Source: Octopus vulgaris
Lineage: Eukaryota
Length of the DNA: 64,000 nucleotides
Assembly (NCBI GenBank): GCA_951406725.2
Contig: OX597837.1
Coordinates: 40,238,001-40,302,000, forward strand
Reading direction: 5' to 3'
Position numbers and translations under genes: made by a program. Shown here piece by piece: positions 13,628 to 26,476 of this stretch. The notes beneath the pieces were generated by a model, which was not told the DNA's origin, did no database searches, and worked only from the letters and a program-made list of their open reading frames with translations. Position 1 is the stretch's first letter, and each line of letters opens with the position of its first letter.

Positions 13628-14000
13628 TCTATTATATAAAATCCGTTCTGTCTGTCTGTATGTTGTCTTCTAGGATCTCGGACATCCGTCATCCGATTGC
13701 GCTCAAATTAGATGTGTAGATACTAACGGTATAAGGGCGTGTATAAGTCTTGAAAAAATTACAAAAATCGATTCCAGTTAGAATGCGATCGATAAAGCCG
13801 TGGGAACATGTATTTGTAAGATCGTTTTTTCTTGGAATAGAAAAAAAGTCTATCTTTATTTCTTCTTTCGATGGTGTTTCAATTTTAGGTTTCTCAAAGG
13901 GGAGGCCTATGGGACGGTCGGACAAGTTCTGAGAAAACCTAGTTTAAATGTTTGACAACTCAGCACCATCCATTGGACGGAGGATGTTTTGCTCGGGTGT
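13628..14000 (+). mobile_element. Helitron-like 5' fragment
   Basis: A|TCTATTATATAAAA followed by (CTGT)n is a typical non-autonomous Helitron start; no 3' CTAG end was identified. Confidence 0.5.
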
Positions 14001-14001
14001 G

Positions 14002-14048
<47 letters not shown>

Positions 14049-14124
14049 TAAAAGGTAAAGTCGACCTCGGCGGATTATATACTCTGAACGTACACATGGA
14101 CGAAATACCACTAAGTATTTTTAT

Positions 14125-14426
14125 TTTTGAGCCCTTTTCAAGCCTAGCCAGGCTCATGGGCCCGGTTTCCCGGTTTCTGTGGCGTATGTGTTCCCCCCAG
14201 CTAGACGGGACGCCAGTCCATCGCAACGTTACTCAAGAAACGGGGAGAAAGAGTGAGAGAAAGATGGGACGAAAGAGTACAACAGGGGTCGCTACCCCAC
14301 CTGTCGGAGCCTCGTGGAGCTTTAGGTGTTTTCGCTCAATAAACACACACAACGCCCGGTCTGGGACTGGAAACTGCGATCGTCCGAACGCGAGTTCGCG
14401 GCTCTAACCACTGGGCCATTGTGCTT
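14125..14426 (-). mobile_element. SINE family A
   Basis: Reverse complement of the family A head and body; tail matches 63850-63945. Confidence 0.8.
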
Positions 14427-15499
14427 CTAACGATAATAATAATATTTATTATAATAATGATGATGGAAATGATGATGATGATGATAATTCTTTCATAAAT
14501 TTGGCACAATTCTCGCGTGCTAGAAGTAGTTGATTAAATTTTCGATTCGTTATATGTAAATCTCTAACTTTTACATAACTGATTTCATTTTAAACAAACT
14601 TACATCTGTAAATTATAGTGTTTTTTTTTCCCACCAATAAATTATAGATTTGTTAATATTTACATCGTAGATTTATCTACTCAGAGTAACAGAAACAAAT
14701 GTTTTTAAAGTTTCGAGAATAACATGTTTTCATTGTCCAATATCGTTGTTAATTTAATTGCTTTCTACAAAAGACAATTTCAGAGTCAAAAAATCATTGC
14801 AGCCATCGACAAATATCAAATTTTCAAGTTAAAATTAATTTTTGAAATTCCAAAGAAAAAAATAATAATTTAGATTATCTTTTTTGAGTTCGAATTATTT
14901 TTAGAAAATTAATTTATTTCTGTAGTTTCAGTTGGTAGCACATATTTCTTAGCGATTCCATTTGATCGACTAGATTTTCACAGAATATAAATATATGCTG
15001 TTCTATTTCTGGAGCGTCAATAATAAAAACACGCGCTGGTTCTATTTCAGTTCTTTATTAATAATCAACTGGTTAAGTATTTAAGTATTTAATCACTTAA
15101 CTAATTGATTGTTTAATTAATCATTCGTTTAATTGTTCAGTCAGTAATGTTTTAAAAGCACCCCTTCTCTAACTTGAGTCAAGGAGGGTTATATAACGTC
15201 CTTGGTTTGTAAAAATGTATACGGTAACGTCCTTTATTATTATCGTATATATAACATAATGCAAACGTGTAGCTTTTTTGTGCATTTTGTTTGCAGAAAA
15301 TAAAGAAATAACAGTAATAACGTTTAATAAATGCTGCTTACTGCAAGTTATGGATGATTCTTTTATGACTTCATTGCTTTCAGGCTTAGCTTAAGGTATT
15401 TTCGCGCCTGATATCACAAAATGCGTTTGAATAAACATTGCCGGACAGCAAATAGAGACTCAGACATTGCTTAGAAGATAATTTTCATTTTTAACCTCG

Positions 15500-15574
15500 T
15501 ATATAGTACGCACTAGGAATTTTGACCTTTAAATTTTGGGAAAAAAAGTACGGATTATACTCGGGGATTTACGG
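15500..15574. mobile_element. Single terminus of a Tc1/pogo-like element
   Basis: ...cggattatactcggggatttacgg|TA; no partner TIR found. Confidence 0.4.
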
Positions 15575-16301
15575 TAAATAGTTAACCAACTGACAAATGA
15601 TAAAGTGAAATTGAGTCGGTGCATTTGCTTATTATTGGAAAAGTGACCCTCCCGACACACAAAAAAAAATCTATTTTAACAACGCAAATTCGCACCGAGG
15701 ATCTTGCACACGAAATATATAAATTAAATTGTAAATAACTCTTTACTGGTGAATGAATTTTTCGATCAATGGAAAGGTTAAATCCATTGTTATTTCAAAT
15801 GATAGGGATTTGTAACTGATGGATTACTGTGGAATAATCTGTTATTCGCTTCATTAGATACACGAACCATTTCATGGCTATTTTATCTGCTTCGTTGTTG
15901 ATACTGCCTACACGGACTGCAGCGTATAGGTATGATCCATGATCCATGGCCTCTCCTCATAAACCTAATTCTTTTGGTATTAACTCGCCAGAGACCACCC
16001 ATGGATCTTTGATATCAACGTTCTCTAAATCAATACCCTACATCAAAATTTCCTCTTAATTTACGTTTCATTACTAATTTTATAATAAGAAAGATACTCA
16101 TATAAATTTATTAATTTCATAATTAATTAAAAGAAAGACAATGTATTTTAATAGAAATACGCGAACAAAAGAGTTAAAGTGATCCAAGTAAAATCTTCCA
16201 TTAAAATTTCATTTTAATTTATGGTTAAAAACCGCTTTTTAATAAAAGAATATTAACAGAGTAACTCTCACCAAATTCTTCATTATTTCAAAAATCAAGC
16301 C

Positions 16302-16399
16302 GCCCGCATAGCTCAGTCGGTAGAGCATCAGATTTTTACGGATGTCTTAATTGCATTTAAATGACCTGAGGGTCGCGGGTTCAAGTCCCTCTGCGGGCG
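16302..16399 (+). tRNA. Intron-containing tRNA-Lys(UUU) gene, possibly a pseudogene; 25-nt intron at 16339-16363
   Basis: GCCCGCA-TA-GCTC-AGTCGGTA-GAGC-A-TCAGA-TT-TTT-A-[intron]-A-CCTGA-GGGTC-GCGGG-TTCAAGT-CCCTC-TGCGGGC-G. The 7-bp acceptor stem is perfect, A and B boxes are present, and the intron is at the canonical 37/38 position. Defects: A.C mismatch in the anticodon stem, C.T mismatch in the T stem, and C32->T creating an internal T5 run. Confidence 0.85.
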
Positions 16400-16417
16400 A
16401 TGCAATACTTTCTATAA

Positions 16418-16820
16418 GCGCAGGAGTGGCTGTGTGGTAAAAAGCTTGCGTACCAACCACATGGTTCCGGGTTCATTCCCACTGCGTGGCACCTTGGGCA
16501 AGTGTCTTCTACTATAGCCTCGGGCCGACCAAAGCCTTGTGAGTGGATTTGGTAGACGGAAACTGAAAGAAGCCCGTCGTATATATGCATATGTATATAT
16601 GTATGTGTGTGTATGTGTTTGTGCGTCTGTGTTTGTCCCCCAGCATCGCTTGACAACCGATGCTGGTGTGTTTACGTCCCCGTAACTTAGCGGTTCGGCA
16701 AAAGAGAGCGATAGAATAAGTACCAGGCTTCTAAAGAATAAGCCCTGGGATTGATTTGCTCGACTAAAGGTGGTGCTCCAGCATGGCCGCACTCAAATCA
16801 CGGAAACAAGTAAAAGAGTG
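16418..16820 (+). mobile_element. SINE family C with internal (TA)/(TG) microsatellite (other copies at about 2695-2870 minus, 10097-10391, 22318-22540, 29150-29405, 33035-33195 minus, 42635-42910)
   Basis: Head tggctgtgtggta...ggttcattcc, CORE-like ccttgggcaagtgtctt, tail ggtgctccagcatggccgca...gaaacaagtaaaaga. Confidence 0.88.
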
Positions 16821-18190
16821 AAGGTCAGTATATTTCAGCTGAAATGTCAACAAAAAGTTTTAAGTGCCCTAAATTAAAGACTTTCCTCAAAATTTCAAAT
16901 TAGTTTCTGTTCCATCGCGAATTGTATAATAATAATGACAAAATTAATCTAGTAAATTTATTATTTTCAAAATTAATTAAGCGAGAACAGCGAATTCTAA
17001 CAGAAATATGATAAGAAAAGAGTTAACCTGATCTAAATTGAAATCTTCCGTCAAAACGTCATGTTCATTTATGTTAATTTATGTTCCAAAAACTAGCTTA
17101 ATAAATTAAGATAAAGTTATTTTATCAAATTCTTCGATATTTTCGACATTAATTAAAAAGAAGGCAGTTTATCATTTGGAATGTGGAACCTAAAAGTGTA
17201 GGGGGCTCCAAATTGCTAGGAATATATATATATCAACAGCCAAACCTGATAAGTTTGTAGAATCTTGAAACCTAAGGATTTGCAAATAGCTTGTTTGTTC
17301 AAGCGTTGGCATTCAAAAGCCCCCGTTATGTGATGCTCGTAGGTTTCACGGTTCATTGGGAAAGAATGCTCAACGTTTCGGGCCTTTCCTCTCGATTGCT
17401 TTACAACGCAACGCCATTCACTCCTTAATGCGAAATACACTGCTGTTATACTTGGTATACAATTTTACGGTGCTTTGACAAAATGAAAAGAAATAATTTC
17501 TAATATCTAATTCCGTGCTGTAGTTTTCTTGCTAAAAACCATATATCAGAAGATTAAGTTAAATAACAGCTACACAAACCTCACGAGACTAGGAAAGTTT
17601 TCGAATCTTCATTTTTAACTTTTGTTATTAAAACAAGTTGAAGAATATGAAAATCTTGTTTATCTAAATAAATAAATCAATAAAAATCACATCTCATCTC
17701 TTCTTACAGACTGTGCAGTGAAAAATGCACAATCTTATAAATTCATTCTGTAACCATGCCGTATTTAATCTGTGCTGACAAGCAATTCCCTAAGGACTCG
17801 CGAAGTATTTATTAAACTGTCACCCTGTACTCCTGATATAATCACCGTTTGTCTGCACTCACACTATATAACTGACATTCCGTTAGTTACGACGACAAAA
17901 ATCCAGTTGGTTCGTTCAACGGAATAACTTACTCGTGAAATTAACGAGTAACCCACCCACAAATACGCGTGGCCCTTAACATAATTCTGTGGGAGATTCA
18001 ACGTGATACTGAATGTGACAAAGCCGACCCTTTCAAATACAGGTACAACTCATTGTTGTCAGCTGAGTAAACAGGAACAACGAGAAATAAAATGTGTGTG
18101 TGTGTGTGTATACACATATACATACATATAAACACATACATGCATATATGTGTATATACATACATATTCATATACATATATATACATACA

Positions 18191-18248
<58 letters not shown>

Positions 18249-18576
18249 CATATACATATATATATATATATTTATGTGCGTGTGTGTGTATTCACGAACG
18301 ATATGAAATACTTTTTCTTTTGAGGTTAACAAAGCTGTGCCTTCGTTACACATTTTCACCGATATTTCGGTTATAATAATTCCATATATGAATTTACCTT
18401 ATTAAGTTAAGAACATATTCGTTGTGGACTTTAGATAGTTATTTGTCTTGTACATCAGTCGAATTTTATAAAAAAAAAAATTACCTACCTACCTACATGA
18501 TAAAGGAGACATCAAGACCTTTGAACCTTAGTAATGGTAAAATGAAAGGATTCCATTACACAAGTCGATTCTTTCA

Positions 18577-18610
<34 letters not shown>

Positions 18611-19213
18611 CCTAATGGTTGCATCTTTTTCTTTGAGCTTTGAAGACATAAATGCGAACATCTCTAAATTCATTGTCCCGCCGTCTTTCTTATTTCAAAA
18701 GACAGAATATAGATTTATAAACCTTGCAGCGTTTCAGCGAATTTCTTTCTTTCTAGAAATTTTTACCCAACAAAAGATTTGAGTTTCTACTGACTCGTAC
18801 GAGTAGTACATTCTTGACAAAACAGAAATAATACATATACATTTGATAAATCTGTCGAAAATGTGCTTGCTAAATAAACAATAAAGCTCCAATGAATTAT
18901 GCGATATTTGTATTTATTTATTTATTATAGCTTATTCAATATTTTTTCTTTGGTTCATCAAATGTATTTTCATATATTTGAGAAGATAATTGTCCAAAAT
19001 ACCAATGCGTGAAGGGTAATTGCATTTACATATCCAGATTTAATAAGAGACTTCGATATAATATCTGTAACTTACATATACATGTTAAATATTACGATAA
19101 AAATATGAAAAACATATACAAGAACAACAACAACAAACAACAACATAGCTGTTTCGTCATATTTATTTACATTCTTTATCTCTATTAAGCCTAAAGCTAT
19201 ATATCCTCCCAGA

Positions 19214-19256
<43 letters not shown>

Positions 19257-19618
19257 TGTTTGTTTGTTAATATTAGAGAAGGTATGTAAACTCATATAGA
19301 CAAATATGTACATACGATTACGAATACAAAAATATACACACAGCTACACTCGAAAAATCCCAGCAGACAAATCGATAAAACGATACAACTACACACACAT
19401 ACACACACAATACACGCACATATACACACGCACACACAGACAAACATATAGATGGATATATATATATTATAATACATACACATACATTTGCTCATAGAAA
19501 ATTAGCTGAAACATACACACACACGCAAACACACTCATAGACACACGCACCCCACACACATACACACACATACAATCAATATATATATACGTAATAAATA
19601 TATACATATACATATACA

Positions 19619-19652
<34 letters not shown>

Positions 19653-19729
19653 CGAACACACATATCTATGAATGTATATATATGTATATGCATATATAAT
19701 ATATATATATATTATACATACATACACAC

Positions 19730-19798
<69 letters not shown>

Positions 19799-20062
19799 AA
19801 CACACATATCTATGAATGTATATATATTTATATGCATATATAATATATATATATACATTATACATACATACACACATACATGCATACATATATATATATA
19901 TATATATATATACGTATATATTATTAAAAAAAAAAAATATAACACACACACGCGTAGACTATCGGGTATATACGATTCTATCTAGAGAAAGAAACGCACG
20001 CAAACGGATAAAAACACATTAATCTACACACAGACTCAGACCAATACAAGCAAACACATGCA

Positions 20063-20105
<43 letters not shown>

Positions 20106-20246
20106 TGGCAATTGCTCACATACAAATATAAATCAGTACACGAGCTTACATTAATACAACACACACATACAAACACACACAAACATAAAACTACGCACAG
20201 ACACTCACACTCCGACACAGACAATTGCCCCCAGACAAATAAATAA

Positions 20247-20298
<52 letters not shown>

Positions 20299-21068
20299 CA
20301 TTACAGAGACAAACACAATACTAACACACACCAACATTCCAACACATACACACACTCGCATACATAGCAATGCACAAGCTTTTCCGATACACACACACGC
20401 ACCATCATAGATGTTTACTGTTTTAGGAAACTTTAGTCATGGTAGAATACGTTTCGGAATTGTGTCCGATCTCGTGTAAGTTGTTTTTATTTGTTTTTGC
20501 CGATGCAAATGTTAAGAGACTATATCTTGCTTCGCTTAACTTGGTTTTCCACTTTCTCACTAATTCTCTTTTCGATTTTCTGTCATTGTTTTGTATTGTT
20601 TTGTATTGTATTGTTTGTTGTTTTTTTTTTGTTTTTTATGTTTTGCTTTTAATTGGATTGACAATATTATTTTTATTGTTATCAAAGAATTTGTTTGATT
20701 GTTTAATTGTTCGATTGTTTCGTGGTCGATGGTCCATCGATAAAATATTTGGTGGTATCTTTACTTTTAAGCCCACGCTGTATTCTGGGTAATGTAGCAG
20801 TTTACTGTGGCTAGTTAATTTGGTCGATATATATATATCGACCAAATTGTCGGGGGATGATTAGCACACACACACAGACACACACACATATATATGTGTA
20901 TATATATATATAAATATACATAGAAACATGTACATATATATACGTTGATGTGTGTATATGTATAAATATATGCGTGTCTATATATAAATGCATTCATATA
21001 TATATATATATATATACTTATATACATATATATATATATATTTATATATATATATATATTTATATATA

Positions 21069-21107
<39 letters not shown>

Positions 21108-21182
21108 TGTATATTTACGTGCGTGAGTCGTCAAGGACACTATAAATCAGGGAAAAGATGCACTCGTATATCTGTCCGTATA

Positions 21183-21500
21183 TTATCCGAAATGTATAGT
21201 ATTAAATATACATCGTGGATGGTCTTACCATTCGGTTTCGCGCTAAGAATACAATGGAGTGTTAGGTAAGAAACCTATTATATAGCTTTATCGCCATTTT
21301 CAGAGCAACTGCAGACCGGTTGTGCTAATCATCCTCCGACAATAGAGAGCCGCCGCTATATTCCCTTCCATATCGCCTAACTCTGACGAGCGTAATGTTA
21401 TATTATCGGTTCGTTACCTAGCACTCCATTGTATTATTTGCACGAAACCGATTGGTAAGAACATCCTTGATGGATACTTCATACTATGCATTTCGGATAA
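21183..21500. repeat. Inverted repeat: about 104-bp diverged arms (21183-21286 / 21397-21500)
   Basis: ttatccgaaatgtatagtat...gtgttaggtaa matches the reverse complement of ttacctagcactcc...catttcggataa. The ORF track shows near-identical peptides on opposite strands here. Confidence 0.85.
21381..21460 (+). ncRNA. Degenerate hammerhead ribozyme inside a fold-back repeat
   Basis: CT-CTGACGA-GCGTAA...TTGCAC-GAAA-CC-GATT-GG-TA-AG. The core is intact, but stem I is only 2 bp and stem II is mismatched. Confidence 0.5.
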
Positions 21501-21506
21501 CACACA

Positions 21507-21549
<43 letters not shown>

Positions 21550-21667
21550 CACACACACATACACACACACACGTGTGTATGTATATGTGTGTGTGTGTTT
21601 AAGCATATACTCATGTATGTCTGTATTTACAACCATTCAGGCATTGACATGTCTGTCTGTCTGTCTG

Positions 21668-21738
<71 letters not shown>

Positions 21739-21783
21739 TATACATATATATAATAATATATATATAAAATATGTATACATATA

Positions 21784-21837
<54 letters not shown>

Positions 21838-21879
21838 ATATATATGTATATATATATATATATATCATATATATATATG

Positions 21880-21913
<34 letters not shown>

Positions 21914-22167
21914 TGTATGTATACGTATTCCTATAAATGTGAATGTGTGTGTCAGTGTATGTATGCCTGTTTGTTTTCGTGTCAACTTTTATATAAACAG
22001 TTCAGCATCAAATTGATGGATTGCTGAACCACTCTACACTAAAGTACACATTTGTTAACTTTATTAAGTTTTACTAGGGAAACCTTAAACTTTGACGTCC
22101 TTGCGATTCTTTATTGAAAAATGTTAATACACACGCACATACATAATACATACATACATACATATAG

Positions 22168-22308
<141 letters not shown>

Positions 22309-23141
22309 AATAGCACAGCATTGGCTGTGAGCTTAGTAGGTTGCTTAGTAGGTTCATTCCCACTCCTCGGCATCTTGCGAAAGTGAATTCTACTATAGTC
22401 TTCTGAGTGAATTGGGTAGACGGAAACTGAAAGAAGCTCGTCATGTATATAATTTGTATGTGTATATCTATATGTTTACGTGTCTTTGTGTCTGTGTTTA
22501 CCCCACACACCCACCCACCGCTTGACAACCGGTAAACACCTCGTAATATAAATATCCTAAATTCAGTGGCGGTGTTAATGAAGAAGTTACGCGTTAATTT
22601 AATGTGTTAAACTTATCTTTATTAATGTATATCGAATTATACATAGATATATACAAGATTTACACAGATATAAGAGGTAGAACTTGTGATCCGCCTGCGG
22701 ACCTTTCCGTTTGTAAATTTTTGCCCGTTGCACTAAAAAGTTACCCCACCCCTGATCTAGGTTATTAACGGTAAACTCCCTGATTCTCGCCCTCTCTCTA
22801 ACATATTATATATACAAATGTTCATCTCCACCACCACTATCACCACAATCCACTCTTCACTTTTTAATATCTTACTAAATCTCCATCCTCCCTTTCATAG
22901 AAAACTGTTTCTTTAATTATTGTCATCCATACAATAGCATTTCGAAAATGCACACATTTTCACGGCAAAAACACCAGATATGAATAAGGAAAATATAAAT
23001 AAGTAGGGAATAAAGTAAAAACATTACGAAGGATATATTATAAATAATTAAGATTATTTATGAATATAGCAATGGCCAAACATGTTTTCAAACATGCTAG
23101 ACTCAAGGTAAAATCTTGTTTTGATTTCTATCTATAGGAAT

Positions 23142-23207
23142 ATTTCCTCTGACGAGGCGAATGGGTCCCTTAAGTGGTCCCTAACGCCGAAATTGCAGTA
23201 GGGAATT
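23142..23207 (+). ncRNA. Minimal type I hammerhead ribozyme (Penelope-like), intact core
   Basis: TTCCT-CTGACGA-GGCG...CGCC-GAAA-TTGCAG-TA-GGGAA. Stem I is 5 bp (one GU), stem II is GGCG/CGCC with an inner GGGTCC/GGTCCC extension, loop III is the palindrome TGCA, and the triplet is GUA. (TA)n follows within a few bases. Confidence 0.8.
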
Positions 23208-23209
23208 AA

Positions 23210-23271
<62 letters not shown>

Positions 23272-23333
23272 CAAAAGATGTATAGTGTCACTTCACTGAT
23301 ACCTGTTTTTCTGTTGAATTTTTAAATGATTAG

Positions 23334-23680
23334 AAGGAGAAGGAGCCCTCTTTGGTCATGAATGGCCATGGGATTGCACCTAGAAAGTTACCCTCCCAGG
23401 CACAAGTCGGGGGCAAGGTTGTTTATGGAACTCCAGCAGTCACCCATGCATACCAGCCTCTCCTCTCCACGTCACTGATGTTGTCCTAGGGAAAGACAAA
23501 GAGGCCGATACATCCTGGCATCAGTGATGTAGCAACACATTTCTACTGCTGAGTGAACTGGAGCAACGTGAAATAAAGTGTCTTGCTCAAGAACACAACA
23601 CACATCCCGGTTCAGGAATCGAACTCACAACCTCACGATCGTAAGCTCGACGCTCTAACCACTGAGCCATGCGCCTTCAC
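23334..23680 (-). mobile_element. tRNA/CORE-type SINE with a distinct 3' tail
   Basis: Minus-strand head tggctcagtggttagagcg...gttcgattcc plus cttgagcaagacactttatttcacgttgctccag; the tail is unlike family D. Confidence 0.75.
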
Positions 23681-24578
23681 ATTAATTGATTGGTGGAGAC
23701 ATTACTTCATTAAGAAAAGCCCTTTTCATTATATGAATACATGAACCACAACATTCGAAAATATTCAAAATCCAACAGGATGTGCATCTTCATGACTCTA
23801 TGACTCTTGCTGGGTTACTTCAGTTTGGTAGTATTATAGGAGAAAATAAGGCGAGGCCATGTATAGGGAGGGGAAGGGTAACGAAGATTTATAGCGATTA
23901 AGGAGTTTAAAGGATGAGGTTGAGGAGATCAGATAGCGAAGCATTTCACCCCTACATCTATAATAGTTCCTTTTATCCCTTAATTTTAATCAACAAACAA
24001 AGTACAAAGGGGGTCAAAGTACAAAGGGTAAGGTCACCCAGTTATTCATGTATTTAATTACTTGGCAGTCCCTTTATATGCCCCCTCTAAAGCCAGACGG
24101 ACCATAAAAGCGAGGCAATAAGTCTGAGATTCTACGATAGGGGGAAGATATGAAGCAAGAAGAGTGGCCATTATATCGATAATTTGATAAATAAAGAAGT
24201 ATACAATAAAAAGAATACAAAAAAAAGAATTATATGAAAGCCAATGGATAATAGCAAAGCAAGGATTATAATGAAGAATGAATTATAATAAAAGCAAAAT
24301 TTGGATAACAACAGAAAATGGAATTGGTAGATAGTGACTATGCAAATAATATCGCAGGAATTAAAAAATAATTAAGACGTGGTTGGGAATAGTACAATGG
24401 CATAAGATAAAAGTATAATAAGAAAAAAAAATTAATGTAATAGAATAAAGTACAATAGCGGGTAAAAGTTAAATTGGAAAAAATAGTAATAATAATAAAA
24501 ATTATAATATAATGATAGAATATATATAATACCCAAATTTCAATAAATAAGTATAATGTTATGAGATGAATATGTATA

Positions 24579-25013
24579 GGATCTTTTCGGTTTGACCAGC
24601 AGTTTTTAAAAATAATTTCCACGTAAGTAAACACTTTTAAACTTCGTATACCGGTAGAATGTGTTTATAAAACATCTTTTTCTCTTGGCTTTATTGAGAA
24701 AATTCTACAGTTTGTAAGGTATGTGTTGTTTTTTTTCTTCAATTTCTGCAATTTCAACCAAATAATGACGTCTGTTGAGGTGAAAACATTCTCTGCCGTA
24801 TGAATATGTCCCTCGTTTAAGAAACAGATTGGGTTTATTTACATTTCTGAAGAAAAAAATATACCCTCCCCCCCCTAAGCTTAACTAACCCTAACTTTAA
24901 CCCTAACCCTAAAACAGTTTGAAATGTAATAGATCGATACTAGGGTCATAATTTTGGGCGACAATTTCATATGACACCGCTAGAAAAAACTGCCTTTCAA
25001 ACCGAAAAGACCC
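24579..25013. mobile_element. MITE with about 29-bp TIRs, TA flanks and internal telomere-like (TAACCC)n
   Basis: The left end GGATCTTTTCGGTTTGACCAGCAGTTTTT matches the right-end reverse complement GGGTCTTTTCGGTTTGAAAGGCAGTTTTT. ctaaccctaac...ttaaccctaaccctaa occurs at about 24885-24913. Confidence 0.85.
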
Positions 25014-25628
25014 TATATATATATATATATATATATATACGAAAAATGAAGTAAGAAAGCAGTCTAGTATAAATTTCCAAGCCACGATTTGCGGCGTAGA
25101 GAACAGATAAAACGGAACGAGGTCGCAGATTCATTCATATTGAGAGTTTAAAGAGTATAAGTTACAATAAAGTATTTATACACATTGCATATGTTTTTGA
25201 GCAAGACACTTCATCTCATTTTGCTGTGAATTCACTTTTGACACCTGCCGCGTGGCACACAGTGCACCGGTTCAGAGAGCGTCGATTTGATGGAGACAGG
25301 GAGCTAATATGCGGCACATATATTTGATCGCTATAAACAGATCATTTGTGTAGGTCGATTAGCAAAAGCTTAACTCTAAGGCGTCGTCTTCGACGGGAGT
25401 GTCCCTCATGTAATATAATATTTAATATAATAATGTATATATATATGCATGCATGTGTATATACATATATGTATATATATGCATGATATATGTGTATATA
25501 TATATGTATATATAGATATATGTGTATATATATATGTATGTATATATATGTATATATCTATATGTCTACATATGTATATATAAGTATGTATGTATATATA
25601 TGTTTGTATGTATATATGTATGTATATA

Positions 25629-25681
<53 letters not shown>

Positions 25682-25804
25682 TATATAGAAGGAGCTTCTA
25701 CAGGACTAGAACTGTTTCATTCAAGAGAAATCTTAAATTAATTTTACTCTGCTATGTATTGAGTACCTTATTTACTGTGGTTAACCCCGAATCAATCCGG
25801 GACC

Positions 25805-25912
<108 letters not shown>

Positions 25913-26183
25913 GTATGGGTAGATATCTCACTGTTGTGACAAAAAAAAAAGCAATTCTTTTCTCATGCAAAGCAATATGCAAGAAGGTGAAAAGAAATGT
26001 CAAGATATCACGTCATTAGCAAATAATTGGAATGAATAATAATGTACTGAGAATGCTGCTTTTTAGAGTCACTGAATGCATTCAAGTATATCTACGTGTT
26101 TCAGTCCTTTCCCATCCCGACATCAGCCTTACCTTAGACTGTCCGCCGACATAGATGAATATAAATGAGTATTATCTATGTGT

Positions 26184-26476
26184 GGAGGCGCAATGGCCTA
26201 GTGGTAAGGGCAGCGGACTCGCGGTCGTAGGATCGCGGTTTCGATTCCCAGACCGGGCATTGTGTGTGTTTATTGAGCGAAAACACCTAAAAGCTCCACG
26301 AGGCTCCGGCAGGGGGTGGTGATCCCTGCTGTACTCTTTCTCCAACTCTTTCTTCTGTTGGCCTGCTCGCTTAGCCAGCGGGGTGAAGTCATTCGAAGGC
26401 TAAAACAATGCGAACACATTGTGACCAGCGATGTGTAACAACATCTGATGGTCTGGTCGGTCACGTGATCACGTGA
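26184..26476 (+). mobile_element. SINE family A, full length with alternative tail (ggtcacgtgatcacgtgat)
   Basis: Near-identical inverted copy at 29565-29876; tail-only copy at 40768-40860. Confidence 0.9.

Larger units (their letters stand above)
16030..17175 (+). repeat. Degenerate array of an about 150-bp AT-rich unit (about 4 copies), interrupted by the tRNA gene and a SINE
   Basis: tcaaaatttc..ttaatttatg..., aaattcttc.ttattt.caaaa and agaaata.g...aaaagagttaa recur near 16040, 16190, 16880 and 17040. Confidence 0.6.

Noticed and set aside
23880-24130. Possible CR1/L2 3' remnant on the minus strand (RCRGEML)
   Set aside because: Similarity is too short and degenerate to support without a search.
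26184-26260. SINE heads as tRNA genes
   Set aside because: They lack a complete cloverleaf and continue into repeated SINE bodies.
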